64,000 bases of DNA from an uncultured Erysipelotrichaceae bacterium (GCA_947166565.1 CAMVEL010000007.1:7323-71322); one strand, 5' to 3'; positions 22,835-33,153 are shown, numbered from the stretch's first letter. Numbers and translations are program-made. Notes: generated by a model from the letters alone, not told the origin.

Positions 22835-23611
22835 ATGCCTTACTTAGATTCGCATTGCCACCTTAATGACGAAAAGCTCATTGAAGATTTAGACGGAGTT
22901 ATTCAAAGAGCCAAAGAAGCTGGTTTAAAGGCTGTTTTGGTTATTGGATATGATATCGATAGCTCTAAAAAGGCAATAGAAATCGCGCATGCATTCGAAG
23001 GCGTTTACGCCGCGGTTGGGATTCACCCAGAGAATTTTGAAGGCCTTTCCTTTGAAGCCTTAGAGTTAATTGAGGAAATGGCCAAAGACGAAAAGGTGGT
23101 TGCCATTGGTGAAATAGGCTTAGATTACCATTGGTATAAAGAAATAGAACATAGAGCAAAACAAAAAGAATGGTTTATCAAGCAGATAGACATGGCAAAC
23201 CGTCTTGGGCTTCCTTGCTCAATTCACGCTAGAGAATGCTTGGGAGACATGTTTGAGATATTAAAGGCCCATCCTATTAAGGCCAATGCCGTTTTACATT
23301 GCTATTCCGGCTCTAAAGAGATGCTTCGAGAATTTGCTAAGCTTGGCTACTACTTCGGCTTCGATGGACCTATAACTTATAAAAACGCCGTGGAACCTCG
23401 CGAATGCGTAAAGGCTTGTCCGTTAGATCGCATTCTGGTCGAAACAGATTCCCCTTATTTGGCCCCCGTTCCTTTTAGAGGCAAGACAAATGAGCCGAAA
23501 AACATACCACATATCGTAGATAAGGTTGCTGAAATCAAAGAAACCAGCGTTGAGGAGATTACGAAAAATGTGTGGAACAATTTCTGCACATTGTTTCATG
23601 TGAAACCATGA
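22835..23611 (+). CDS. tatD: TatD-family metal-dependent DNase
   Basis: 258 aa with an N-terminal HCH metal motif (DSHCHLND) and TIM-barrel hydrolase residues. Confidence 0.85.
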   Translation: MPYLDSHCHLNDEKLIEDLDGVIQRAKEAGLKAVLVIGYDIDSSKKAIEIAHAFEGVYAAVGIHPENFEGLSFEALELIEEMAKDEKVVAIGEIGLDYHWYKEIEHRAKQKEWFIKQIDMANRLGLPCSIHARECLGDMFEILKAHPIKANAVLHCYSGSKEMLREFAKLGYYFGFDGPITYKNAVEPRECVKACPLDRILVETDSPYLAPVPFRGKTNEPKNIPHIVDKVAEIKETSVEEITKNVWNNFCTLFHVKP

Positions 23612-24150
23612 ATAAAAAGGTTTATGAAGGCGTTATAGTGGTGGAAGGAGCCACCGATAAGTTGCTTCTGGAATCTTTCCTCGATACAACAATTGTAACC
23701 ACCAATGGCTCAGATGTTCCACATGAAACAATTAACTATATTAAAGAGCTTGCCAAAACACACTCTGTGGTGGTCTTAACTGATCCTGATAGTCCTGGGA
23801 AAAGAATTAGGGATATCCTTAATTTGGAGATTCCTGGACTCTATCATGCCTACATCCCCAAAGAGAAGGCTATAAAGAAGAATAAAGTCGGTGTTGCCGA
23901 ATCTGATAAAGAGACCATTTTGGAGGCATTAATGCATGCATGTCCCTCTCCTTCTTCTTCCAAGAAAGGGAATTTATCGATACAAGACCTTGTTGATTTA
24001 GGTCTAATCGGAAACGACGGTTCTAGTGGGAAAAGGGATATAATTGCGAAGAAGTTCCATATAGGACACGGAAACGGAAAAGCAACTTTGAAAATGCTCA
24101 ACTCCCTTGGGATTACAAAAGAACAATTAGAGGAAGCCTTGGATGAATAA
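23608..24150 (+). CDS. rnmV: Ribonuclease M5 (TOPRIM domain)
   Basis: TOPRIM signature VIVVEGATDK ... VVVLTDPDSPG. I placed the start at the MNKKVYEGV Met, overlapping the tatD stop (ATGA). Confidence 0.75.
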   Translation: MNKKVYEGVIVVEGATDKLLLESFLDTTIVTTNGSDVPHETINYIKELAKTHSVVVLTDPDSPGKRIRDILNLEIPGLYHAYIPKEKAIKKNKVGVAESDKETILEALMHACPSPSSSKKGNLSIQDLVDLGLIGNDGSSGKRDIIAKKFHIGHGNGKATLKMLNSLGITKEQLEEALDE

Positions 24151-24970
24151 AGAAGAATATTTTGAAAAAATAAAGGAATACTCTCTTCTTGCCAAAAAGG
24201 AGATTGGACAAAACTTCCTAATTGACCATCGCGTTGCCGAAAGGATCGTCGATGAAGCAAAGATAGCCGAAGGCGACAAAGTTCTTGAAATTGGCTGCGG
24301 CGCTGGGAGCCTAACCTATTTTTTGGCTCATTCCTTAGGAACGATCGATGCAATCGATATCGATGAAGCCATGCTTACCAAAGCCAAAAATGATTTTGAG
24401 AAAGCCGAAAACATCAGGGTCTTTAACGGAAACGCGATGAGGTTTGATTATTCCCCATATTCTTTGATCGTTGGAAACCTGCCTTATTACATTACTTCCG
24501 GAATTGTCGAAAAGGTTCTTTTGGGCGCTAATAATGCGAGGCGTGTAGTCTTTATGGTTCAAAAAGAGGCTTTAGATAGGCTTTTGGCAAAACCCAACAC
24601 AAAAGAATATGGGCCTCTAGCGATTCTAATCGAATTATCGGGGAAGGCCACTAAATTATTTAACGTATCAAGAAACAGTTTTAGTCCTATCCCCCACGTG
24701 GAATCCGCCGTCTTCAAAATAGAGCTCAACCATGAGGTGAATTTACTGCAAGATGTCTATCGTTTGGCAGAATCTCTATTCCTTCAAAGAAGAAAAACAA
24801 TCTACAACAACCTCAAAAACTACTTGGGAAACGGCGATTTAGCAAAAGACATTCTTAAAAAGAATGAAATCGAATTTACAACTCGACCTGAACAATTATT
24901 CCCCAGCCAATATCTTCATCTTTGCGAAGCAATAAAAAATAGTAGAATATCTACACGCCATGAACGTTAA
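24143..24970 (+). CDS. rsmA: 16S rRNA (adenine1518/1519-N6)-dimethyltransferase
   Basis: 275 aa. It has the SAM-binding motif VLEIGCGAGSLT and the KsgA family motif IVGNLPYYITS. Confidence 0.9.
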   Translation: MNKEEYFEKIKEYSLLAKKEIGQNFLIDHRVAERIVDEAKIAEGDKVLEIGCGAGSLTYFLAHSLGTIDAIDIDEAMLTKAKNDFEKAENIRVFNGNAMRFDYSPYSLIVGNLPYYITSGIVEKVLLGANNARRVVFMVQKEALDRLLAKPNTKEYGPLAILIELSGKATKLFNVSRNSFSPIPHVESAVFKIELNHEVNLLQDVYRLAESLFLQRRKTIYNNLKNYLGNGDLAKDILKKNEIEFTTRPEQLFPSQYLHLCEAIKNSRISTRHER

Positions 24971-25808
24971 GTCATATGCCAAAATTAATCTCTCCCTTCG
25001 TGTTGTGGGAAGGAGGGAAAACGGCTATCACGACCTTGAAATGGTCAACCTCCCAATAGAACTCCACGACATTCTCGAAATTTCCATCCTTCCAGATGGA
25101 AGCCCGGATACTTTCGTCACCTGCGATGATATTAGGCTTAATTCCATGAGAGCCAATCTTTGTACAAAGGCCATCGCGGCTTTAAGGGCCAAATATCGCT
25201 TTAAAGAGAACTTTCGCATCCATATCCATAAGGAAATTCCTTTTGCCGCCGGGCTTGGCGGCGGAAGCAGCAATGCCGCTGCCACTATGATGGCCCTCAA
25301 CAAATTGCTCAAATTGGGCGCGACCGAAAGCGAATTGGCGGAAATCGGACTCTCTTTGGGCGCCGATGTCCCTTATTTCATCTACACCAAACCCGCCAAA
25401 GTTACGGGAATTGGGGAAATCATCGAGCCAATTAAAGTTAAGAAAACCTATTATTGCCTAATTGTTAAGCCAGAAAAGGGCCTTTCCACTGACGACGTCT
25501 ATAAGAAATGCGATTCTTTCCAAAGATATGAAATAAACACCGATAAGATCATCGAAGGACTCCGTCTTGGAGACGACCTTTTGATTGAACAAAACATGGG
25601 CAACGATTTAATGCCGCCAGCATCTTCTTTGCTTCCAGATGTAGGGGAAATTTATTCTCAGTTAAGAAAAGCCGGCTTTGGAATTGCCTGCATGTCCGGC
25701 TCCGGATCATCTTTGTTCGCCTTATCCACCGATGCCAAAAAAGTAAGGGACGTCTATCGTCGTTTTGAAAAAACAAACTATACCGCTATCGTAACCAAAA
25801 CTATGTAA
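24960..25808 (+). CDS. ispE: 4-diphosphocytidyl-2-C-methyl-D-erythritol kinase
   Basis: 282 aa with GHMP kinase motifs (KINLSLRV, PFAAGLGGGSSNAAA). Confidence 0.85.
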   Translation: MNVKSYAKINLSLRVVGRRENGYHDLEMVNLPIELHDILEISILPDGSPDTFVTCDDIRLNSMRANLCTKAIAALRAKYRFKENFRIHIHKEIPFAAGLGGGSSNAAATMMALNKLLKLGATESELAEIGLSLGADVPYFIYTKPAKVTGIGEIIEPIKVKKTYYCLIVKPEKGLSTDDVYKKCDSFQRYEINTDKIIEGLRLGDDLLIEQNMGNDLMPPASSLLPDVGEIYSQLRKAGFGIACMSGSGSSLFALSTDAKKVRDVYRRFEKTNYTAIVTKTM

Positions 25809-25818
25809 GGAGGTTACT

Positions 25819-27207
25819 ATGGAACTATCTGCCATTATCCTCGCGGGAGGAAAAGGGGCGAGAATGAAATCTCTTCGCCCTGATTTTTCTAAAGCGGCCA
25901 TGCCTATTTTGGGCAAACCAATGATTTTATACGTAATCGACGCTTTAAAGGGTTTGGAACCAATAGGGCTTGTTGCCGTTATTGGGCCAAAAGATACAGT
26001 TATTGAAGGAATCATTAAAAACGAAACCGCCATTATCCATGAACCCAATCAAAAGGGGACCGGCTCTGCTTTAAGATCGGCCCAAGAGGCAATAAAGGAA
26101 AAGGGTGGAATCACCATCGTTTGTAGAAGCGACACCCCTCTTATCACCACCAAAACTCTTAAGGCTTTGGTCTCAAGCCATCTTACCAACCATAACGATG
26201 TAACTGTTCTTTCTGCTAATTATGATGACCCATACGGATTCTCAAGAATCAAAAAAGAGCAAGGGCGTGTCCTCAAAATCGTTAATCAGCGCGATTGTTC
26301 TTTGGAAGAGGACACCATACACGAAGTCAATGCCGGCATCTATGTATTTAATAACTTCGTTTTAGAAGAAGGTTTTGAGAGATTCTTCAAAGAGGAATCT
26401 AATCAGGAACCTTCGATTAGCGATCTCATTAACGTCCTAATTGAAAATCAAATGAAGGTCGGCGTCTTCCTTTCCGCGGACAAGATGGAAACTATCGATG
26501 TTAACGATAGATACGTTTTGTCCAAAGCCGAAAAGGCGATGCGCGAAAGGATTAATAAGCGCTTAATGCTTTCTGGCGTCACCATTGCTGATCCGGATAC
26601 TACATATATAGGCGCGGATGTCGTTATTCAAAACGATACGACAATCTACCCAAACACCACCATTTTTGGAGATTCTAGGATTGGAAGAGATAACTTAATT
26701 GGTCCCGACACTTACCTAAATAATGTAAAAATCGGTAATCAAAACAAAATTACCTTCTCGCACATCGATGATTGCGTAATAGGGTCTTTCAACGAACTTG
26801 GCCCCTACCTTAGAATGCGTAATGGGTGCGTTATCAAAGATAAAACTCTAATTGGCAATTTCAACGAATTGAAGAACGCCCGTGTCGGCAGCGTTTCCAG
26901 GGCTTCCCACCTATCTTATTTAGGCGATGTGACGATTGGCGAAGACGTCAACATCGGATGCGGAACTATAGTCGCGAATTTCGATGGAGTAAACAAATTC
27001 AGCAGCGTTATCAAAGATAAAGCCTTTGTAGGATCTGGCTCCACCATAATTTCTCCCGTAACGGTTGGAGAGGATGCTTTTATCGCCGCGGGAAGCGTTA
27101 TAAACCATGATGTTGGCGACGGAGATATGGGTATAGCCAGGGCGAGACAAGAGAACAAGGAAAAATATTCCGCCGTCCTAAAAAACAAGGCGTTGAGCAA
27201 GAAATAG
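25819..27207 (+). CDS. glmU: Bifunctional UDP-N-acetylglucosamine pyrophosphorylase / glucosamine-1-phosphate N-acetyltransferase
   Basis: 462 aa. The N-terminus has the nucleotidyltransferase motif IILAGGKGARMKS ... GKPMILYVID. The C-terminus has left-handed beta-helix hexapeptide repeats. Confidence 0.8.
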   Translation: MELSAIILAGGKGARMKSLRPDFSKAAMPILGKPMILYVIDALKGLEPIGLVAVIGPKDTVIEGIIKNETAIIHEPNQKGTGSALRSAQEAIKEKGGITIVCRSDTPLITTKTLKALVSSHLTNHNDVTVLSANYDDPYGFSRIKKEQGRVLKIVNQRDCSLEEDTIHEVNAGIYVFNNFVLEEGFERFFKEESNQEPSISDLINVLIENQMKVGVFLSADKMETIDVNDRYVLSKAEKAMRERINKRLMLSGVTIADPDTTYIGADVVIQNDTTIYPNTTIFGDSRIGRDNLIGPDTYLNNVKIGNQNKITFSHIDDCVIGSFNELGPYLRMRNGCVIKDKTLIGNFNELKNARVGSVSRASHLSYLGDVTIGEDVNIGCGTIVANFDGVNKFSSVIKDKAFVGSGSTIISPVTVGEDAFIAAGSVINHDVGDGDMGIARARQENKEKYSAVLKNKALSKK

Positions 27208-27253
27208 GCCTAAATGCTCTTTAAGAATTTGTTTTTTTCAATATAATTGCGGC

Positions 27254-28627
27254 ATGAAAAGCAAGAAGCACCTTTCGTTTTCAACTAAAGTTGTGGCCGT
27301 AGTTTCGGGCTTCCTTTTGGTTGTTGATTTAGCGATCGGGACCATAATGATGGTCACCTCAATAAAAAGGATGCAAGGCGTTATCCAAAATAAGGTTCTT
27401 GAGGTTTCCGCAACAGCCGCCGCGCTTCTTGATGGCGATTCCATAAAAGCTCTCACAAAAGACGACCACGATAACAAAACCGAGCCATACATGAAGGCTT
27501 ATAACACCCTTTCGGCCTTCAAGACCAGCGCTGTCGACGGACATGGTGAGCTCGCTTTCATTTATGTTCTCGTCCAAAGGGAAGATAACAAAATCGTCTT
27601 TTCCATCGACCCAAGCGATGATCCCGGCGTTTTCCTTGAAGAGGAAACCATATATACCACCGCTTTGTTAAATGCCTTCAAAGGTCAACCTGGTTTCGAT
27701 GATCAGGCTTATCAAGATAGATGGGGCCTTCTTTATACTGGCTATGCCCCCATATTTGGTTCAGACAAAGAGACCGTTAAAGCCGTCGCCTGCGCAGACG
27801 TTTGGGCTAGTTGGTATCAAAGGGAAGTTACCACCAACGGCCTTGCGATGTTCATCATGACCTTCGTCACCATTCTTCTAGGCGGAGGCGTCGCTTTGAC
27901 TTTGGCCGGGAGGATTAAGGGTCGCCTTGACGCTTTGAACGGCGAGATGATTGATTTGCAAGAAGACGTTGAATTGCTTTTGAAGGATATTAGGGAGCCC
28001 GCTAATATCTATGGCATCGATACCAAAGACGAAAGCGAGACAATTGGGGAGATTGCCGCGCTTAAAGAACAAATCGGATCAGCCAGGATTGGACTAAAGA
28101 AATACATTGCTTATATGCATAAGCAGGCCTATACCGATCAATTGACCGGAATTGGCAATAGGAATGGCTATTTTGAAAAGACCTCCGCTTTGGACGAGAA
28201 GATTAAAAACGGCGAGAATCCCAAGTTTTCCCTCGTTCTTTTCGATATCGACCTCCTCAAGGAAGTTAACGATAGTTATGGTCATGAAGTCGGTGACAAA
28301 AATATTGAATCCATTGGGAAGGCCGTTTCTAAAATCTTCGGAGAAGGCCGTTCCTTCCGTATCGGCGGGGATGAAATCGCCGTTATCTTGGAAGATATAA
28401 ACGAAGAAGAAACCAAAAAACTCATAGAGGAATTCGAAGTCACCTTTGCCAAGGAGAACCCTGATGGCATTGCTAAATACGGATTCAGCACCTCCAAAGG
28501 TTATGCGTCCTTTGACCCAGAAATTGACGAAGATTATTCGAATGTCTTCAAGAGAGCGGACAAGAACATGTATGCCGAAAAGGCTAAATACCATAGCAAG
28601 ATAAAAGCGAAAAAGGAAAAGAAATAA
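27254..28627 (+). CDS. Membrane-anchored diguanylate cyclase-like protein: TM1, a ~155-aa extracytoplasmic sensor domain, TM2, a coiled coil, and a GGDEF domain with a GGDEI variant motif
   Basis: GGDEF-domain hallmarks DQLTGIGNRNGYF, LVLFDIDLLKEVNDSYGHEVGD, RIGGDEIAV and ADKNMYAEKAKYH. There is no RxxD I-site. Two hydrophobic helices lie at about residues 13-35 and 193-215. Confidence 0.8.
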   Translation: MKSKKHLSFSTKVVAVVSGFLLVVDLAIGTIMMVTSIKRMQGVIQNKVLEVSATAAALLDGDSIKALTKDDHDNKTEPYMKAYNTLSAFKTSAVDGHGELAFIYVLVQREDNKIVFSIDPSDDPGVFLEEETIYTTALLNAFKGQPGFDDQAYQDRWGLLYTGYAPIFGSDKETVKAVACADVWASWYQREVTTNGLAMFIMTFVTILLGGGVALTLAGRIKGRLDALNGEMIDLQEDVELLLKDIREPANIYGIDTKDESETIGEIAALKEQIGSARIGLKKYIAYMHKQAYTDQLTGIGNRNGYFEKTSALDEKIKNGENPKFSLVLFDIDLLKEVNDSYGHEVGDKNIESIGKAVSKIFGEGRSFRIGGDEIAVILEDINEEETKKLIEEFEVTFAKENPDGIAKYGFSTSKGYASFDPEIDEDYSNVFKRADKNMYAEKAKYHSKIKAKKEKK

Positions 28628-28657
28628 GGAAGGGAAAAATGAACCCTTCCTTTTCTT
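28626..28657 (+). terminator. Intrinsic terminator after the GGDEF gene
   Basis: ggaaggg-aaaaatgaa-cccttcc followed by ttttcttt. Confidence 0.55.
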
Positions 28658-28699
28658 TAAAAAGCCTTTAATTTTTAAATTTCGTTTGATTTTTGCAAA

Positions 28700-28735
28700 G
28701 AAAAACCCCGTCGCTTTGATGGCGACGGGGCGTTC
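28700..28735 (-). terminator. Intrinsic terminator after ppdK (minus strand)
   Basis: On the + strand the sequence is aaaaaccccgtcgctttgatggcgacggggcg: a GC-rich 9-bp stem flanked by A/T runs. Confidence 0.55.
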
Positions 28736-28747
28736 ATTTAAGAAACC

Positions 28748-31396
28748 TTATTTGCTCTTGTTGAGGATGGCAGCTTGGGCCGCGGCAAGGCGGGCAAGTG
28801 GGACACGGAACGGAGAGCAAGAGACATAGTCGAGACCGACTTTGTCATAGAAGATGATGGACGCTGGGTCGCCACCGGTTTCGCCACAGACACCGATGAG
28901 GAGGTTTGGGTTGGTGGCGCGACCACGTTCAACAGCGATCTTAACGAGTTCGCCAACGCCTTCGATATCGATGGTCTGGAATGGATCGAATTCGTAGATC
29001 TTCTTCTGCTGATAGGTTGGGAGGAACTGGCCAGAGTCATCACGGGAGAAGCCCATGGTGAGCTGGGTGAGGTCGTTGGTTCCGAAGGAGAAGAACTCTG
29101 CTTCCTGAGCAAGTTTGCCGGCCTGGAGAGCGCCTCTTGGGACCTCGATCATGGTACCGACGTGGTAGACGAGCTTCTTGTCGTGGAGGCCCATTTCCTT
29201 TTCGACGGCATTGACGACGACGTCTTTCGCAAACTTGAGTTCGCGGAGTTCGCCGGCAAGAGGAATCATAATTTCTGGTTCGACGTCTTTGCCGATTTCG
29301 GCAGAAGCCTTGTAGGCGGCTTGGACGATAGCCTTGGCAAGGGTCGCATAGATTTCCGGATAAGCGACGCAGAGACGTACGCCACGGAAGCCCATCATTG
29401 GGTTGGCTTGCTGGAGCTGATTGATACGATCGACGACTTTCTGTTCGGAGACGCCAAGCTTGGCGGCGAGGTCGGCGATGTTCTTCTTGTCACCAAGTTC
29501 TGGGAGGAACTCGTGTAGTGGTGGGTCAAGGAGACGGATGTTGACAAGCGAATCTGGGTTGGCGAGATACATCTTGTAGAAGTCATCCATCAAGAATGGA
29601 CGGATTCTCTCAAGGGCGGCTTCGCGTTGCTCGGTCGTGTCGGAAAGAATCATGGCACGCATATTGAGGATGCGGTCATCCGCGAAGAACATACGTTCGG
29701 TGCGGCATAGACCAATGCCTTCGGCACCAAACTTCTTGGCGTTGTTGGCATCTTCTGGAGTATTGCAGTTGGCGCGGATCTTGAGGCGACGATATTTGTC
29801 GGACCAAGCCATCATACGGCCAAAGTCACCACCGAGATCGGCGGGGATCATTGGGATGGAGCCTTCGTAGACGGCACCGGTGGAGCCGTTGACGGAGATG
29901 ACGTCGCCTTCTTTGTAGACCTTGCCGTTGACGGTCATGGTCTTGGCTTCTTCGTTGATGATTGCAGAGGTGCAACCGGCAACGCAGCATTTACCCATGG
30001 AACGGGCAACGACAGCGGCGTGGGAAGTCATGCCACCGCGAGCGGTGACGATAGCTTCGGAGTTAACCATACCGATGATATCCTCTGGGGAGGTTTCGGC
30101 ACGGCAGAGAACGACCTTGACGCCTTTGTCATGGAGTTCTTTGCACTCCTCGGCGGTAAAGACGATTTGTCCGGTTCCAGCGCCTGGAGAGGCTGGGAGA
30201 CCAACGACGAATGGGGTGACTTTCTTTTCTTCGGCTGGGTCGAAGGTTGGGTGGAGAAGGTCATTCAATTGCTTTGGCTCGACGCGAAGAACGGCTTCTT
30301 CTTCGGAGATGAGGCCTTCGTCGACGAGATCGCAGGCGATCTTGAGGGCGGCGCGAGCGGTACGCTTACCATTACGGGTCTGTAAGAAGTAAAGGACGCC
30401 TTTTTCGATGGTGTATTCCATGTCTTGCATATCACGGAAATAGTTTTCCATCTTCTTGATTGTTTCAATGAATTGCTTGTAGACGTCTGGCATACGCTTG
30501 GCAAGTTCGTCGATATGGAGCGGGGTGCGAACACCGGCGACGACGTCTTCGCCCTGAGCGTTTGGAAGGAATTCGGCGTAGATTTTCTTTTCACCGGTGG
30601 ATGGGTTACGGGAGAAGGCAACACCAGTTCCGGAATCTTCGCCCATGTTACCGAAGACCATCGTTTGAACGTTGACGGCGGTTCCCCATTCATATGGGAT
30701 GCCGTTCATCAAACGATAGACGTTGGCGCGTTCGTTGTCCCAGCTACGGAAGACGGCGGAAACCGCTTCGCGGAGTTGGACGTATGGATCGGAGGGGAAT
30801 TCCTCTCCGAAGACGCTGCGATAGTATTCCTTGTAAGCCTTGACGAGCTCTTTGAGTTGAGGAACGGTGACTTCGGTGTCGAGTTTGTAGCCGTTGTCCT
30901 CTTTGATTTTGTCAAGCATCGCATCCATTTTGGTGCGTGGATGACCTTTGGCGATGTTCGTGAACATCAAGATGAAACGACGATAGGAGTCCCAAGCGAA
31001 CCTTTCGTTGCCGGTGGCGGCGATGAGTTCTTCGACGGTCTTATCGTTGGAACCAAGGTTGAGGATGGTATCCATCATGCCAGGCATGGACATCCTGGCG
31101 CCGGAACGGACGGAGACGAGCAAAGGCATTCCCTTTCCTCCTCCGAAGGATTTTCCGGAGTTCCTTTCAATTTCGTGGACGTGGTTCACGATGTCTTCCC
31201 ACACATAATCCGGGATGTTCTTTCCGGATTCATAGTAGAGGTTGCATGCTTCGGTGGAGATGGTGAAGCCCTGAGGAATGTTAATTCCAGCGGCGGTCAT
31301 CTCAGCAAGGCCGAAGCCCTTTCCACCAAGGATCTCTTTGCCGATTTTGGCTTCGCGAGCCTCCTTGAAGGAGTAAACATACTTCTTATTTGCCAT
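28748..31396 (-). CDS. ppdK: Pyruvate, phosphate dikinase
   Basis: 882 aa. It has an N-terminal ATP-grasp domain (GGKGFGLAEMT), a central phospho-His domain (GGMTSHAAVVARSMGKCCV) and a C-terminal PEP-utilising TIM barrel (CGETGGDP). Confidence 0.9.
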   Translation of the reverse strand: MANKKYVYSFKEAREAKIGKEILGGKGFGLAEMTAAGINIPQGFTISTEACNLYYESGKNIPDYVWEDIVNHVHEIERNSGKSFGGGKGMPLLVSVRSGARMSMPGMMDTILNLGSNDKTVEELIAATGNERFAWDSYRRFILMFTNIAKGHPRTKMDAMLDKIKEDNGYKLDTEVTVPQLKELVKAYKEYYRSVFGEEFPSDPYVQLREAVSAVFRSWDNERANVYRLMNGIPYEWGTAVNVQTMVFGNMGEDSGTGVAFSRNPSTGEKKIYAEFLPNAQGEDVVAGVRTPLHIDELAKRMPDVYKQFIETIKKMENYFRDMQDMEYTIEKGVLYFLQTRNGKRTARAALKIACDLVDEGLISEEEAVLRVEPKQLNDLLHPTFDPAEEKKVTPFVVGLPASPGAGTGQIVFTAEECKELHDKGVKVVLCRAETSPEDIIGMVNSEAIVTARGGMTSHAAVVARSMGKCCVAGCTSAIINEEAKTMTVNGKVYKEGDVISVNGSTGAVYEGSIPMIPADLGGDFGRMMAWSDKYRRLKIRANCNTPEDANNAKKFGAEGIGLCRTERMFFADDRILNMRAMILSDTTEQREAALERIRPFLMDDFYKMYLANPDSLVNIRLLDPPLHEFLPELGDKKNIADLAAKLGVSEQKVVDRINQLQQANPMMGFRGVRLCVAYPEIYATLAKAIVQAAYKASAEIGKDVEPEIMIPLAGELRELKFAKDVVVNAVEKEMGLHDKKLVYHVGTMIEVPRGALQAGKLAQEAEFFSFGTNDLTQLTMGFSRDDSGQFLPTYQQKKIYEFDPFQTIDIEGVGELVKIAVERGRATNPNLLIGVCGETGGDPASIIFYDKVGLDYVSCSPFRVPLARLAAAQAAILNKSK

Positions 31397-31596
31397 TTTT
31401 TCCTCCTAATGACTGAAGTAGGGCTAGGTTGCCCAACGGGTTAAGTGTATCACATAGAGGCTTATTCATTGAATAAGGAAGTTGAATAATAGGCCACGTA
31501 AGCCATTTATTTTTTATGAAAACGCTTCGAAAGCCCCTTTTGGGCAAATGTCATCAAGTTGCTTTTATCAGTTTTTGTCCTAAGATTAATAATGAT

Positions 31597-33153
31597 ATGA
31601 AAAACAATGACGATTTGGTTTTGACGATAGATTTCGGGACGCAGTCGGTGCGTGTTTCCATTTTCGATAGTCATGGAAATGTTTTGGCTCAGGAAAAGCA
31701 ACATTACGAAAAACCCTATTTTTCGACCAAGCCTGGCTATGCCGAACAATACCCAAACGTCTATTTCGATAAAATGGCCGAGGCAAGCAAGCGGATAATA
31801 TCCGAACATTCTGAGCTTGTAAAAAAAATTAAAGGTCTTTCCATGACTTGCTTCCGCGATACCGCGGTCTATCTTGATAAAAACAGGAACATCATCCGCC
31901 CAACCATCCTTTGGCTTGACCAACGTTATGCCAAATGCGAGAAAAAGCTCCCTCTCCTCTCCAGGGCCGCCTTTAAGTTGGTGGGCATGGATGAGGTAAT
32001 TAGAATGAACCGTCGCAGAACGGCGATGAACTGGATCAAGGAAAACGAACCGGAGAACTTTGAAAAAATTGATAAGTATGTGGCGATTTCCACATATTTC
32101 ATTTACCGTCTAACCGGAAATCTAAAGGATTCCGCGTCTGATTACACGGGCCATTACCCAATAGATTTCAAAAAAGGACAATTCTACAAAAAGCCCGAAA
32201 AACACCTACAGGGTCAAATATTTTCCATAAAAAAGGGACAACTGTGCGAGCTCGTTCCGGGTTTATCACTATTAGGGAATGTTACCGAAGAAGCTTCCAG
32301 ATTAACCGGAATCCCGGCAGGGCTACCGATGTATGCCGCTGGTAGCGACAAGGCTTGCGAAACCTTGGGGTCTGGGGTTATTGATGAGACTTCTCTTGCC
32401 GTATCCCTAGGTACCGCCTGCACCATTGAGACGACGATGGAGCGCTATGTGGGGCCGGATAAGTTCCTTCCCGCTTATCCGTTTGTTTTGCCAAACCACT
32501 TCAATATGGATTTCCAAATCTACCGTGGATTTTGGATGATCAATTGGTTCCTTAAGGAATTTGGGGCCCAAACGATAGCCGATTTGATGGCGGAGGAGCA
32601 AGGGGACCCAACTAGGTTTAACGAAGGTCTTAAATCGGTTCCCCCTGGTTCCGATGGTCTTTTGCTTCAGCCATATTGGGGCTCCCAATTGGATAGGCCC
32701 CTTGTCAAAGGCGCGATTGTCGGGTTCTCCGATTCCACGACCCAGATGCACTTCTACCGTTCCTTAATCGAAGGCATTGCCTTTGAACTTAGGGGAGCGA
32801 AAGAAAGATTTGAGAAAAACCTCAAGCACCCATTCGATAAAATCCATATCGCTGGAGGTGGCGCCGTTTCGGACGAAGTGTGCCAAATTATGGCGGACAT
32901 CCTCTATTTGCCGGTCTCTAGAGCCCAAACGATTGAAACCTCTTCTTTAGGTGCGGCCATGTCCGCTTATATCGCCATGGGAACATATACCGTTAAAGAA
33001 GCCAAGGAAAATATGCTTAGGGAAACCAAGACCTTCGAACCAAACCCCGAAAATAAAAAGACGTATGACGACCTCTACCAAAACGCTTATTCCAAGCTTT
33101 ACAGTAGTTTGTCGGACATCTACGCCTTCTTGTTCAAGTTCAACGATAAATAA
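31597..33153 (+). CDS. FGGY-family carbohydrate kinase (glycerol/xylulose kinase-like)
   Basis: FGGY N-terminal motif LVLTIDFGTQSVRVSIFD and C-terminal HIAGGGAVSDEVCQIMADIL. I placed the start at the MKNNDD Met; the ORF-track start at 31516 adds a 27-aa hydrophobic extension. Confidence 0.7.
   Translation: MKNNDDLVLTIDFGTQSVRVSIFDSHGNVLAQEKQHYEKPYFSTKPGYAEQYPNVYFDKMAEASKRIISEHSELVKKIKGLSMTCFRDTAVYLDKNRNIIRPTILWLDQRYAKCEKKLPLLSRAAFKLVGMDEVIRMNRRRTAMNWIKENEPENFEKIDKYVAISTYFIYRLTGNLKDSASDYTGHYPIDFKKGQFYKKPEKHLQGQIFSIKKGQLCELVPGLSLLGNVTEEASRLTGIPAGLPMYAAGSDKACETLGSGVIDETSLAVSLGTACTIETTMERYVGPDKFLPAYPFVLPNHFNMDFQIYRGFWMINWFLKEFGAQTIADLMAEEQGDPTRFNEGLKSVPPGSDGLLLQPYWGSQLDRPLVKGAIVGFSDSTTQMHFYRSLIEGIAFELRGAKERFEKNLKHPFDKIHIAGGGAVSDEVCQIMADILYLPVSRAQTIETSSLGAAMSAYIAMGTYTVKEAKENMLRETKTFEPNPENKKTYDDLYQNAYSKLYSSLSDIYAFLFKFNDK

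Noticed and set aside
28094-28594. 166-aa minus-strand ORF
   Set aside because: It is an antisense shadow within the GGDEF gene.
30425-31444. 339-aa ORF on the + strand
   Set aside because: It lies entirely antisense within ppdK, a highly conserved enzyme with intact motifs. The translation is Gly/Asp/Val-rich low-information sequence typical of a shadow ORF.
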